Assembly: GCA_965140415.1 (NCBI GenBank)
Contig: OZ223209.1
Location: forward strand, 576,001-640,000
DNA length: 64,000 nt
Origin: Myxococcota bacterium
GTDB lineage: Bacteria > Myxococcota_A > SURF-8
Reading direction: 5' to 3'
The position numbers were made by a program, and so were the translations under genes. This document shows, piece after piece, positions 10,122 to 20,684 of this stretch; within the stretch, counting starts at the first letter, position 1, and each line of letters begins with the position of its first letter. The notes below the pieces were generated by a model. It was not told where the DNA came from. It saw nothing but the letters and a program-made list of their open reading frames with translations, and searched no databases.

Positions 10122-10271
10122 GGTATTCCTCTGCCACTGTTCTATGAATTGCAACCGAAAACGGTACGCTTATCATATAGTAGATGCAGGACGTGTCAAG
10201 GTTTTCTTCACAGCCCCGCTTTCGTCCCCCTGCCATACCTGTGCTTCAATCGGGAATGTTATTCCCGGCGA

Positions 10272-11054
10272 TCAATCTGCCACGGCTTGCAGCAGAATTG
10301 CGGTGATATTGTCGTCGCCACCGCGCGAGTTGGCCAGATTCACAAAGAATCCCAACGTGGTTTCCGGATCTTTGTTGGTAGCGATGTTCAGAATCTCGGC
10401 TTCCGTGACGTAATTGGTCAAGCCATCGGAGCACAGCAGAAACCGATCTCCCGTTTTGCAGGGAACCAGATCGCTATCTACCAGGATGTCACGTTCGAAA
10501 CCGACCGAGCGGGTGATGATGTTTTTGTATTTACTGGTTTCCGCCTGCTCTTTCGTGATGAGCCCGGCATCAACCTGTTCCTGTACCAGGGAATGATCGG
10601 TGGAGACCTGATCGATCTGGTCGTCGTGAATGCGATACAGGCGGCTGTCGCCTACATGCGCGAAATACAACTTGTTTTCGTGGAAGAGCAGGCTACAGAC
10701 CGTGGTGCCCATGCCTGCCAGGTTGCGGTCCTCTTCGATTTTGTCCAGAATCGCTCCGCTCGCCGCACGCACGGCATCGGCCAGCATGGTTTCGACCGGA
10801 TCTTCCACCGAGAACATCATGCGCGTTCCCGTGGCGGGTTGCTGGGAATCGTTGGGGGTAAGCTGCGAGAGTTTCTCTCGAATCACCTCATCCATGACCT
10901 CCACCGCCGTACGGCTGGCGGTTTCTCCGGCGATATGTCCGCCCATGCCATCCGCCACGACATACAACCCGGTTTCGTCGTTGACGAGGTGGCTGTCTTC
11001 GTTGTGGTCCCGCTTTTTACCTACATCCGTTATCGCCCAGGATTCCATCCTCAT
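10272..11054 (-). CDS. PP2C/Stp1-type Ser/Thr protein phosphatase
   Basis: TDVGKKRDHNED, VADGMGGH, HVGDSRLY, LLCSDGL, GGDDNIT. Confidence 0.96.
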   Translation of the reverse strand: MRMESWAITDVGKKRDHNEDSHLVNDETGLYVVADGMGGHIAGETASRTAVEVMDEVIREKLSQLTPNDSQQPATGTRMMFSVEDPVETMLADAVRAASGAILDKIEEDRNLAGMGTTVCSLLFHENKLYFAHVGDSRLYRIHDDQIDQVSTDHSLVQEQVDAGLITKEQAETSKYKNIITRSVGFERDILVDSDLVPCKTGDRFLLCSDGLTNYVTEAEILNIATNKDPETTLGFFVNLANSRGGDDNITAILLQAVAD

Positions 11055-11168
11055 CGATTCAGCGCCTTCTTTTCCGGTGGTGGCCTACTAACCCCTTCCA
11101 ATTCTTATAGAATACCAGTTCATGCCCAAGTAGGCAAATCCTTTTTTACGCCTTTTGTCGAGTGATTT

Positions 11169-12935
11169 TCACGCGCTGGCTTTGATTTTGCGTCTTCGGG
11201 ATGTTTTCCCGGAACGTTTGGACACTTCATCCTGTTCCTGCTCAATGCGGCGCAACAATTCTTTAGCGGCCTGTTGGGCCGCGTCACCACCAGAGGAACC
11301 GGTCATCATGCGACCCAGTTCCATCTCTCGCGCCGACTGATCTTGAAGCGCCAGAACCTGGCTGTAGGTGCGCCCCTTGCGGGTCGATTTCATGACTTGA
11401 AGATGCTTGTCGCCGTAGGCAGCGATCTGTGGCAGATGGGTAATGCAGATCACCTGACGCTCGCGCGACAACTGCCGGATTTTACGCCCCACCATGGCGG
11501 CAATATCGCCTCCGATTCCGGCGTCCACTTCGTCAAATACCGATAATGCCACAGGATCTTTGGCCAATAACACGCATTTAGCCGCCAGCATCACACGCGA
11601 CAATTCCCCGCCGCTGGCGATGCGCGAAAGCGGGCGCAGATCTTCCCCGACGTTGGGAGAGATCAAAAAGCGGACTTCGTCCAGGCCGGTGCGCCCCAGC
11701 CGCTGTCCGTCCGTTTCGATGTCGTCCGTTTCTTTTTCGATGCGCGGTGTCACGGAAACGGCAAAACGGGTGCGCGTCATGCCCAGATCGGCCAGTTCCG
11801 CCTCGATGCGCGCTGCCAGCGTTTCGGCAGCCTGCATGCGTTTTTCGGATAACTCCCGCGCCAGGCTCAATGCCTGCGAACCAGCTTTCTCCACCGCCTG
11901 GTCCAACTGCTTCATCGACGCATCCACATCGCTCAGCCGTTCCACCTGTGCCCGCATCTGTTCCTGTTTTTCAAGAACGGCTTCCGTGGTTGAACCATGC
12001 TTGCGCATCAGCCGTCCCAATAGCGCCAGCCGATCCTCGATTTCGTCCAGCCGTCCCGGCTGCACCGTAGCTTGCCGATTCAGACCGTCCAGTGAAGCCG
12101 CGACATCCTCCAACTCCAGCCGAGCAGAGCGCAGCCGCTCCAAAAGCGGTCCCAGTTCCGGCAGCATCAGCGCGATGCGCTCCAGTTCCCGTTCGGCGCG
12201 ACTGCATTGCGATGCCACGGCGCGCTCGCCGTTCAATAGCGTCTCTGCCGCAGACAAGCCCGCCTGGATCGCCTCGGCATAACGCGCCCGGTCGCGCTCT
12301 TCGGCCAGTTCCCGCTCTTCACCGGGTTTGATTTGCGCCTGTTCCAGTTCCGCCAGTTGGAAGTTTAAAAAATCGATCTGTTCTTCCCGTTTGCTGGCGG
12401 CCTGTAACAGTTTCTCGCGCTCCTTTACAAGGTTCAATAGCGCTTCATAGCGTTTCGCCACCCGGTCGCGCACTCCTTCCAGATCGCCGCTACGGTCGAG
12501 CAGCAGTAAATGATTTTCTTCTTTTAACAGGCTCTGGTGCTGGTGCTGCCCTGAAATGTCCACCAGTGCTTCAGCCAGCTGACCCAAGGTCGCCACCGTC
12601 ACCGGGTGATCGTTCAACCAGGCACCTGAACGGCCCTCGCGCTGAATCTGGCGGCGCAGCACCAGCGGCTCTTTTACATCGATGCCCAACTGTTGCAGCC
12701 GTTCACGGATTCCGGTTTCCTCGGAAGGATCGAAGATGGCCGATATTTCGGCGGAATCGCAACCGGTGCGCACTGCATCGGAAGATGCTCGTCCGCCCAG
12801 CACGAGATGCAAAGCCCCCACGAGAATCGACTTTCCCGCGCCGGTTTCGCCGCTCAGCACCGTCAGGCCGTCGCCCAGTTCCAATTCCAACGCCTCGATA
12901 ATGGCGAAATTTCGAATCATCAACTTTCTGAGCAT
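11169..12935 (-). CDS. recN: DNA repair protein RecN
   Basis: IRNFAII, GETGAGKS, IASGGELSR, FDEVDAGIGG, ITHLPQIA; follows nadK as is typical. Confidence 0.97.
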   Translation of the reverse strand: MLRKLMIRNFAIIEALELELGDGLTVLSGETGAGKSILVGALHLVLGGRASSDAVRTGCDSAEISAIFDPSEETGIRERLQQLGIDVKEPLVLRRQIQREGRSGAWLNDHPVTVATLGQLAEALVDISGQHQHQSLLKEENHLLLLDRSGDLEGVRDRVAKRYEALLNLVKEREKLLQAASKREEQIDFLNFQLAELEQAQIKPGEERELAEERDRARYAEAIQAGLSAAETLLNGERAVASQCSRAERELERIALMLPELGPLLERLRSARLELEDVAASLDGLNRQATVQPGRLDEIEDRLALLGRLMRKHGSTTEAVLEKQEQMRAQVERLSDVDASMKQLDQAVEKAGSQALSLARELSEKRMQAAETLAARIEAELADLGMTRTRFAVSVTPRIEKETDDIETDGQRLGRTGLDEVRFLISPNVGEDLRPLSRIASGGELSRVMLAAKCVLLAKDPVALSVFDEVDAGIGGDIAAMVGRKIRQLSRERQVICITHLPQIAAYGDKHLQVMKSTRKGRTYSQVLALQDQSAREMELGRMMTGSSGGDAAQQAAKELLRRIEQEQDEVSKRSGKTSRRRKIKASA

Positions 12936-12937
12936 GG

Positions 12938-13792
12938 TCAGTTCTGGCCCCAACCTAATTTTTGACGAAGAATGTCGAAGTAGCTGTGTGTCGGAGATTG
13001 AATCAGTTTGACCGGAATGGAACTCTGCCGAATGCGCACCCGGTCGCCTTCGAGAATCTGCACGCCCTCCTGACCGTCCAAGGTTAAGTAGACTTCGCCG
13101 TTGGCTTCGGGCAGATCGATTTCCACTTCCTTGTCGCCTGCTACGACAACGGGCCGGTTGGCGAAGGTGTGCGGGCAGATCGGCGTCAACACGAAGGCGT
13201 TCAACGTCGGATAGAGCACCGGTCCTCCGGCGGCCATGTTGTACGCCGTCGATCCAGTAGGCGTAGACACGATCAGGCCGTCACCGCGATAGGACGTCAT
13301 GAATTGGCCGTTCAGATACGCTTCCAGGCGGATGATGCGCGCCAATGTCGCTTTGTTGATCACCACATCGTTCAATACGACTTCTTGCAGGTATTCCTTT
13401 TCGCCGCGAAACAGCGTCACGTTCAACATGCGCCGCTCGGTGACCTGATAATTGTCCTGTAAGATTTCTTTGAGCGCTTCGCAACAGTCCGCTTTCTGCA
13501 CTTCGGTCATGAATCCCAGCGTACCCAGGTTGATTCCCAGAACCGGAATGTCGCGCCCGTTTAGCAGATGCACTGCATGCAGCAGGGTGCCATCTCCACC
13601 AAGCACGACCACCAGATCCGCCTCGTTCATCATCTCTTCTTCCGGCAATACCTGCACCCGCCGGGAATGAGTCGGGTAGTCCTCGCTCAGATGAATGTAG
13701 CAGTTCTGGCTTAACAGCAGGCTCACGACGTTGTCGAGTGTTTCTCGCGCCGTGGCGTGTCCCCACTTACAAACGATTGCAACGGTCTTCAT
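12938..13792 (-). CDS. nadK: NAD kinase
   Basis: GGDGTLL, GINLGTLGF, LNDVV, STPTGSTAY, AGGP. Confidence 0.97.
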   Translation of the reverse strand: MKTVAIVCKWGHATARETLDNVVSLLLSQNCYIHLSEDYPTHSRRVQVLPEEEMMNEADLVVVLGGDGTLLHAVHLLNGRDIPVLGINLGTLGFMTEVQKADCCEALKEILQDNYQVTERRMLNVTLFRGEKEYLQEVVLNDVVINKATLARIIRLEAYLNGQFMTSYRGDGLIVSTPTGSTAYNMAAGGPVLYPTLNAFVLTPICPHTFANRPVVVAGDKEVEIDLPEANGEVYLTLDGQEGVQILEGDRVRIRQSSIPVKLIQSPTHSYFDILRQKLGWGQN

Positions 13793-13866
13793 TCGTGCTC
13801 ATCCTTCAGGCCGATAGCCGCAGCCTGTTGCAAATTGCGTTTTTGTATTCCTAACATCTTCCTTGT

Positions 13867-15381
13867 TCATGGCAGACGCTCGGCTTTTTCCACTTGAACC
13901 GATCCCATCAAACCAGTCAGTTGCACCTGGGCTTCCATGCCGCCTTGTGTAAAGGCGAGATGCCCGGCATCCACCGGAAACTGTCCCCAGGAAGGATCGA
14001 TCGATACCCAGCGCCCCAGCCACACCTGCGCCCAGGCATGATAACCAAAGCCGCCCTGACTTTCGGAATAGACCAGCCCCATCACTTCCTGCGCGGGCAG
14101 ATTGGCCGCTCGGCACAAGGCCACGAACAGCACCGCGTGCTCGCCGCAGTCGCCGACCAGGCTACTCATCGTTTCCGACGCATTGGAAAACGTCGGCGTG
14201 TAGCGTTTTTCCACGTTGTCATACACCCAGCGCATGATGCGCCGGGCCAGCTCGCCGCTGGTTTTTACCCCTTCGGCCAGCTTGGCCGCCTGCTTCTGAA
14301 TGGCGGGATCATCCGTTTGAATGCGATGTGTGGCCTGTAATGTCAGATCGAACTGCTTGCGGTCGAAGGTATTTGGCGCAGGGGTTTTAGCCAGATCCAG
14401 CTTCTCGACAGTCACCGTCAGTTGCTGCCGCTTTGGGGTCAAGTTCTGCCAGTGTTGCCGCTCCGATTCGATGCGCAGCGACTCCGGAACACCGGAAAGC
14501 TCCAGCTTCACGCCCGCGGCGCTATCCAGATCGGAAAGCGCTTGCGGCGATTCAATCAAAGTCGCCCGCATGAAGTCCGCCTGGCTGATGCCGCTCTTTG
14601 CCTGCTTTTCCGTTTCCCAGCGAGCGGTCAGAAAACCGGCGACCAGCGTTTCGAGCATTTCGCCGTGATCGTCGTACCAACTCACCACCGACAATCCCAG
14701 CTCGGCGATACGCCCGTCCACACGAATCAGCTCCGTTTGCACACCGGCAATCAGGCGCGTTTCACGCTGCTTAACAATCAGATCTGTTGTCAGCGATTTC
14801 TGTACGGAGGCATCGAAGCTTCTGCTTTTCGTGGCGTATCCAGGTAAAGCTTTCCCCTGCCAGATTGCAGACTCGATCGCCAGCACGTCTTGCAGGGATT
14901 CCCCAGCGAAGGTGAGTTGCTGCTGGCTTTCGCGTCCGCCGGTGCTTTGGAAAAGCTGCAAGCGTTTTCCTTGCGCCACACCGGAAAGGCGAACGTCGCC
15001 GGTTGGACCGCTCATCGAATAGCGCAGGGCGGTCAACTGCCCGGTCTTGCTGCTGTAAATGCGCGTATCGAGCGATTTCATGCGGGTTTTTGCGCCACCC
15101 ACCGTTAATGTGAAATCCACTTCGTTGATCACCGACACGCTGCCCGGCTGGCTGCTGTCGAAACGCAATGACATCCAGCCGACCTTTTGTCCCTGAAAGT
15201 ACAAGCCGAAGTAGCGTGTTGCACTTTGCTGCTTCACGCGTTTGACCAGCGCGCCGACACTCATCGGTTTGGCGGTTGTTTTAAGGGCAGCGGCCTGCAC
15301 CGAGAACGACCAAAGCAATATAAGAGCGATCAGCAGACACAGGCAAAAAGCCTGTCGCTTCAGAAAAGCCAATTGACTCAT
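13867..15381 (-). CDS. Secreted transglutaminase-like domain protein
   Basis: Signal peptide; GDCGEHAVLFVALCRA, YHAWAQV, WVSIDPS (Cys-His-Asp triad). Confidence 0.88.
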   Translation of the reverse strand: MSQLAFLKRQAFCLCLLIALILLWSFSVQAAALKTTAKPMSVGALVKRVKQQSATRYFGLYFQGQKVGWMSLRFDSSQPGSVSVINEVDFTLTVGGAKTRMKSLDTRIYSSKTGQLTALRYSMSGPTGDVRLSGVAQGKRLQLFQSTGGRESQQQLTFAGESLQDVLAIESAIWQGKALPGYATKSRSFDASVQKSLTTDLIVKQRETRLIAGVQTELIRVDGRIAELGLSVVSWYDDHGEMLETLVAGFLTARWETEKQAKSGISQADFMRATLIESPQALSDLDSAAGVKLELSGVPESLRIESERQHWQNLTPKRQQLTVTVEKLDLAKTPAPNTFDRKQFDLTLQATHRIQTDDPAIQKQAAKLAEGVKTSGELARRIMRWVYDNVEKRYTPTFSNASETMSSLVGDCGEHAVLFVALCRAANLPAQEVMGLVYSESQGGFGYHAWAQVWLGRWVSIDPSWGQFPVDAGHLAFTQGGMEAQVQLTGLMGSVQVEKAERLP

Positions 15382-15722
15382 GACAGCATCGGCCCTAATG
15401 GACGACCGGCCATAATATGCATGTGCAGGTGAAAGACTTCCTGCCCGGCGTCTTTATTGGTGTTGACGATCAGACGGTAGCCGGATTCGTCGAAACCGTT
15501 GGCCTGTGCAATCAGCGCTGCCGCCACGTACATATGTCCGAGCAACTGCTCGTTTTCCGGGGTTGCCTCGTTTACGCTGGCGATATGCTCCTTCGGAATT
15601 ACCAGGATATGCACCGGTGCCGCCGGTTGGATGTCTTTAAACGCCAGCACCCAATCGTCCTGGTACACGATATCCGAGGGAATTTCCCCTTTGGCGATTT
15701 TGCAGAAAATGCAGTTGTCCAT
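15378..15722 (-). CDS. Histidine triad nucleotide-binding protein (HINT)
   Basis: CIFCKI, FKDIQPAAPVHILVIPK, QEVFHLHMH. Confidence 0.96.
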   Translation of the reverse strand: MDNCIFCKIAKGEIPSDIVYQDDWVLAFKDIQPAAPVHILVIPKEHIASVNEATPENEQLLGHMYVAAALIAQANGFDESGYRLIVNTNKDAGQEVFHLHMHIMAGRPLGPMLS

Positions 15723-15907
15723 GCTCTCTCCTTTATCTTGAAACTGTGGTTCGCATGTTGTAGGGCATTATGCCTGCATCGCTTGCCGGAAGCAAGGGAA
15801 CAAGTTGGATCATGTTCGTCTTGTTGACACACTTGAACGAAGGTCGAAAAAAGGCGCGAACAAAATGTCCGCGCCATGAGGATCAATACATGATGAAAGT
15901 AACGAGC

Positions 15908-16864
15908 TTAGGCTTCGCCCTTTTCCTTTAGCACTTCGCCTACGGCGGCTACCGCGCCCAGCACACCGCTGGCTTCGTATGGGATAAAGACCTTGGCGCT
16001 GCGCGAATTGGCGATTTTCTCCAGCGTTTCCAGATACTTGATGGCGATTAGACCCTTGGTCGGGCGACCGTCGTGAATGCCCTGGAAGACCTGGCGGATG
16101 GCGTTGGCGTTGGCTTCGGCGACCTTTTCGATGGCATTGGCTTCCGCTTCCGCGCGCAGAATCTTGGCCTGCTTATCACCCTCGGCCTCGGCGATGGCGC
16201 TGTCGCGTTCACCCTCGGCTTTAAGAACGTTGGAGCGCTTGATACCTTCCGCCTCGGTAACGGTGGCGCGGCGCTCTCGTTCGGCCTTCATCTGCTTGGC
16301 CATGGCCTCTTCGATTTCGCGCGGCGGGTTGATGTTTTTCAATTCCACGCGCGTAACCTTGACGCCCCACTTGTCGGTGGCTTCATCCAGCACCAGGCGT
16401 AGTTTGCTGTTGACGGTTTCACGCGAAGTCAGGGTCTCGTCCAGATCCAGTTCACCCATCACGTTACGCATGTTGGTGATCGCCAACTGTCGGATCGCCA
16501 GGGAAAGATCTTCGATTTCATAGACCGACTTGACCGGATCGGAAATCTGATAGTAGATCACGCTGTCCACCTGCATGGTGACGTTGTCGTGCGTGATGAC
16601 CGGCTGCGGCGGGAAATCCATCACGTGTTCGCGCAAATCGATGCGCTTCCAGAAGCGGCCTTCCAGGCGGAACTGGCGCACGTTATCCAGCACCGGAACG
16701 ATGAAATGCAGGCCGCTGCCTGCGACCCGGTGAAATTTACCAAGCCGTTCCACTACGATGGCTTCCGACTGCTTTACAACGTAAATACCTTTTAGTAACA
16801 GGACAAATACGAACCCGATTATTGCCAGTACGACAATGCCGACCGCCCCTGCCATTCCTGCCAT
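15908..16864 (-). CDS. SPFH/band-7 (stomatin-like, QmcA-type) membrane protein
   Basis: VVERLGKF, QPVITHDNV, WGVKVTRVE, QMKAERERRA. Confidence 0.95.
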   Translation of the reverse strand: MAGMAGAVGIVVLAIIGFVFVLLLKGIYVVKQSEAIVVERLGKFHRVAGSGLHFIVPVLDNVRQFRLEGRFWKRIDLREHVMDFPPQPVITHDNVTMQVDSVIYYQISDPVKSVYEIEDLSLAIRQLAITNMRNVMGELDLDETLTSRETVNSKLRLVLDEATDKWGVKVTRVELKNINPPREIEEAMAKQMKAERERRATVTEAEGIKRSNVLKAEGERDSAIAEAEGDKQAKILRAEAEANAIEKVAEANANAIRQVFQGIHDGRPTKGLIAIKYLETLEKIANSRSAKVFIPYEASGVLGAVAAVGEVLKEKGEA

Positions 16865-16946
16865 GATTTTCTCCTTTTATATGCTGCGAATCCGTTCTAT
16901 TACGTGTTTATTCATTCTACCAGGAAGCGAAAAACTGTTTTGGTTC

Positions 16947-17438
16947 TCACTCTTCCGGTTGCTTTTCTTGCGGCTTTTCCGCTGTGACGGTCAATGTTGC
17001 GCCGCTGACTTCGCTGACCCAAACGATGGCATCCTTTTCCAGGCGCAGCCCCTCCGCCGTGATCGCCGACCAGATTTCTCCGCCGACTTTAACCGAACCG
17101 CGCGTGATGCTGCCCTCGATGGGGTCCATTACTCTGGCCTGTTTCGCCACCAGGGCTTCGTAATTGGTTTTGATCTTCGCTCCCGCCTCGGAGGTGAAAT
17201 AGGTGCGTACCACGCGCTGAATCACGAACAGCATGATGACGCTGGTGATGCCGAAGCAGAGCAGTTGTGCGGTGATCGGCAGATCGAAGAATGCCAGTAG
17301 CGCCGTGACCAGCGCCGCCAACGCAAACGGCAACGCCAGGAAAGAGAAAGTCAAAATCTCGACGATCCCGAGAATAACTCCCAGAATCACCCAGTGGGCC
17401 CACCCAATCGTGTCAAACAGTTGCGCAAACCATTCCAC
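16947..17438 (-). CDS. NfeD-like (YbbJ-type) membrane protein
   Basis: Hydrophobic N-terminus, GSVKVGGEIWSA OB-fold; canonical partner upstream of SPFH gene. Confidence 0.92.
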   Translation of the reverse strand: MEWFAQLFDTIGWAHWVILGVILGIVEILTFSFLALPFALAALVTALLAFFDLPITAQLLCFGITSVIMLFVIQRVVRTYFTSEAGAKIKTNYEALVAKQARVMDPIEGSITRGSVKVGGEIWSAITAEGLRLEKDAIVWVSEVSGATLTVTAEKPQEKQPEE

Positions 17439-17678
17439 GGCACACCCTCATCACTCATAAATGTTATCGTTCGTAAACCGTCAATTTTACTTAGCACAGC
17501 CCCGCAGTAATGACAAGCATAATCAAAGCGAACCGACTTCTGCCAAGTAGACTGGAATGAGCCCTGAATCAACACGAATTTTGCTGGAATTCACTTCCCT
17601 TCTCCATTATGCTGGATCATCAATCCGAAGCCGGGAAGTAATCCCGTCTTTTTTACTTGCTGTCACGAATGGTCAGTT

Positions 17679-20675
17679 ATGAAAGGGTACGAAATGCCGC
17701 GCTGTCTCGCTTTCCGTCAATCGCTGTTGATCCTGCTTCTTCTGCTTGTGTTATTCGTATCCGCTTGCTCCTCTGACAGTGACGACTGCCAGGATGACTC
17801 CAACACACCAGCAGACGTGCAATTGCCTGCAAGCTGGACGGTTTCCATTTCCGCCACTGCACCCGATCCGGTCGCTTGGACGGCAGAGGACGTTCGCAGC
17901 TACTTGGAACAAATGGGTTTGACGGTAACATTGCAACAAAGCGACGGCGAAATCAGTTGCACGAACAATCAAGGCCAGGTGGTTTTTGTAGGTGACGGTC
18001 TGGGCGAGGCGATCTTCGACTCGGAATCGGCCAGCGAACAGACCTTTCGCATGGAGGAAACCCGCTGTGAAAACGGCATCTTGGTGCAACTCTCCGGTGG
18101 TGGTCTGCTTGGGCGGCAATACGCCGGGTATGAATGGCTGCACAAACTAGGCGTGCGCTTTTTCCATCCCGAAGAGGAATACGTCCCGACCTCTCCGAAA
18201 TGGCCAGTTGAGCCGCTGGTTTACGAACATACGCCTGCTTTCACCTGGCGCAGCGTCAGTCTGCACCTGACGCACCCGCTGGAACTGGGCGACGCCTTCA
18301 AACTGGACCCGGAAAATCTTTACCCGGAAGCCAAGCGTTATATCGACTGGCAGATCAAAAACGGCGCGAGTAACGGCCATGGCGGCGTCGGTTCGGACGA
18401 ATGGTCCGATTACGGTTTGCAGCGTGGTTTCGCCACCAGTACCGGCTTTTCGCTTTACAATCAGCAGCAGGGCGGCAGTAGCCTGATCGATCCCGACGAT
18501 CCCCGCTCCTCCGAACAGCAAGTAACCGACGCCATCGACGAGAAGATGGGCGACGACCCGGAAAACTACCCGGACCTCTTCGGCTTTACGTTCAATCCCA
18601 CCGAATTTACCGAACGCGACGACCGCGAGGTGGTACAGATTCTGACCCTGATTTCCAATTATATGGCGGAAAACTACCCGGATACCATCGTGATGTGCAT
18701 CAACCACGGCACCTACGGCGAACCGACCGATTTTTACGGCGTCCGTTATTACGACCTGCCGCAGTTCGCGCCGGAAAATCTGGGCGTCAAAGTACATACG
18801 CTGATGTTCTACGACCTGTTCCGCCCAGCGCCGATGTATGGAAATGAAAACTTCAATTTCGCCTACGATTTCATGGCACAGGAATATACCAAGCGTCGCC
18901 TGTGGCATTTCCCGGAAGCCGCCTGGTGGTTGACGTTCGACATTGCCGTACCGCTGTACTTGCCGATCACCATCGAAGCGCGCGACGTGGACATTCAAGG
19001 CATCGCTTTCATGCTTAACGGTGGCTTGGACGGCCACCACGTTTTCGGCACCGGGCACGAATGGGGCTACTGGCAAAACGAATACTGCTCCTTCCGCATG
19101 GCTATGGATCTGGATTATCGCTACACCGATTGCCTGGCCGATATCGCCAGCCCCATGGGAACGGCGGCCAATGAGGTGCAGTCCGTTCTGGACGACATGA
19201 TTCGCAGCCAGCAACGTGATCTGATTTACGGCGATATTTTGAAATTCCTGGTCGGAACCGATCCGGAAACCGAAGTCGCTGCAAGCATCGGCGTCGAATT
19301 TCACCCGCTGCCCCCTGCGCCGCTGGAAATCATGAGTTGGGATCTGGATACCGTGAACAAGTGGGTCACGCGCTTCGAACCTGAACTGCATCAAATGGAA
19401 ACCGACTACATGGCGTTTCTGGATCGACTGGCGGCGGTGGAAGCACAAGTACCCGAAGGCGGCTTGCCTTGGTTCAACGAAATCCGGGACGGCATCGAAG
19501 TCAGTATGCTGCGCGCACGCCACGCCCGGCAGGTATACGGCGCGGTCATCACCTTGCGTCGCGCCCAGTTGACGGTCAACGCCGAAATGGAAACCCAGGC
19601 GACTGAATTACTTGAAGCCGCGAAGCAGAGCACGGCAGACGCCCTGGAAGTCATCGCGCGCCGTGAGCAGGGTTATCGCTATCAGCCGGTCAGCCGCAGT
19701 ATCGACGGTGGCGAAAACTGCGACAGCGACGAAAACTGGACGATTTACAAGTACCGTTATCTCTGCCGCACACATACCGGCTATTATTACACACGCATCG
19801 ACGGCCTGGTGGAAGAAGCCATGCAAGGTTCCAGCGATCCCGTCGCCGTGCAGGACGCGTTGTTGGGCGACGATGAAAAGCTGGTGCTAGATGTCATCGA
19901 TCCGGGGTTAAGCAATGTCAGTGTCGATCTGGGCGACGGCAACAGCGCCACGGGAACGCACATCGAACACGAGTACGCCGCTTCTGGCGTTTACGATCTT
20001 TCTTTGACGGCGGAAAAAGAGGGCTCGCCATACAAATTCACCGGTAGCATCGCCAAACTGAGTACGCAGTACATCACCGGTTTCAGTGGAAAAATCAAGG
20101 AACCCGCCGGGGTGTCGATCATCGAATCGGTATTGCCGGGGCTGGTTTTCGGACCCATCGACGGCGGCAAGCTGGCGCTGGGCTTTTCTCCCAATCGACA
20201 GAATACGGTTGGTTTGACCGAATGGATGAAGCTCAATTCATCCGCTGCGGACGTCCTGTTCGACAGCAACCCGGCGGATCTTTCGGTGCCGGTCATCAGC
20301 CGCAGTAACGGCACGATCCAAACCTACATCCTGGTTAAAGACGGAAAGCTCACCTTGGAGGATATCGACTCCAAAGCCGTGATCAACGGTTTACTGGGTG
20401 TGGAGGAAGTCGTACAGGCGGTGGTGGCCATCGGCGGATTCGAGGAAGAGGGCGCACGCGATATGGTCGCCGGATTTTTAGGCTACACCCCGGACACGCT
20501 GCCGGAGAGCGTCCCGTTTGAAATCGAATTCACCTTGCAAGGTCAGCAGGTCGAGCCCGACGGAGACACGGAAGACGGCGATGCGACTGATGGCGACAAC
20601 CCGGATGGAGATTCCGTTGACGGCGATACCGCCGACGGTGATGCAATCGATGGCGATCAGGAGATCGCAGGATAA
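17679..20675 (+). CDS. Large lipoprotein, glycoside-hydrolase-like N-terminal module, PKD domain, DGD tail
   Basis: Lipobox VSAC; GGGLLGRQYAGYEWLHKLGVRFFHP resembles GH67N/GH20b/DUF4838 N-domain; DLGDG...HEYAASGVYDLSLT PKD; C-terminal DGD repeats. Confidence 0.7.
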   Translation: MKGYEMPRCLAFRQSLLILLLLLVLFVSACSSDSDDCQDDSNTPADVQLPASWTVSISATAPDPVAWTAEDVRSYLEQMGLTVTLQQSDGEISCTNNQGQVVFVGDGLGEAIFDSESASEQTFRMEETRCENGILVQLSGGGLLGRQYAGYEWLHKLGVRFFHPEEEYVPTSPKWPVEPLVYEHTPAFTWRSVSLHLTHPLELGDAFKLDPENLYPEAKRYIDWQIKNGASNGHGGVGSDEWSDYGLQRGFATSTGFSLYNQQQGGSSLIDPDDPRSSEQQVTDAIDEKMGDDPENYPDLFGFTFNPTEFTERDDREVVQILTLISNYMAENYPDTIVMCINHGTYGEPTDFYGVRYYDLPQFAPENLGVKVHTLMFYDLFRPAPMYGNENFNFAYDFMAQEYTKRRLWHFPEAAWWLTFDIAVPLYLPITIEARDVDIQGIAFMLNGGLDGHHVFGTGHEWGYWQNEYCSFRMAMDLDYRYTDCLADIASPMGTAANEVQSVLDDMIRSQQRDLIYGDILKFLVGTDPETEVAASIGVEFHPLPPAPLEIMSWDLDTVNKWVTRFEPELHQMETDYMAFLDRLAAVEAQVPEGGLPWFNEIRDGIEVSMLRARHARQVYGAVITLRRAQLTVNAEMETQATELLEAAKQSTADALEVIARREQGYRYQPVSRSIDGGENCDSDENWTIYKYRYLCRTHTGYYYTRIDGLVEEAMQGSSDPVAVQDALLGDDEKLVLDVIDPGLSNVSVDLGDGNSATGTHIEHEYAASGVYDLSLTAEKEGSPYKFTGSIAKLSTQYITGFSGKIKEPAGVSIIESVLPGLVFGPIDGGKLALGFSPNRQNTVGLTEWMKLNSSAADVLFDSNPADLSVPVISRSNGTIQTYILVKDGKLTLEDIDSKAVINGLLGVEEVVQAVVAIGGFEEEGARDMVAGFLGYTPDTLPESVPFEIEFTLQGQQVEPDGDTEDGDATDGDNPDGDSVDGDTADGDAIDGDQEIAG

Positions 20676-20684
20676 CCGGCAATA

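Noticed and set aside
13867-15381. Transglutaminase-like gene as the missing lasso B2 leader peptidase
   Set aside because: Secreted 504-aa protein in a housekeeping operon 36 kb away; different architecture
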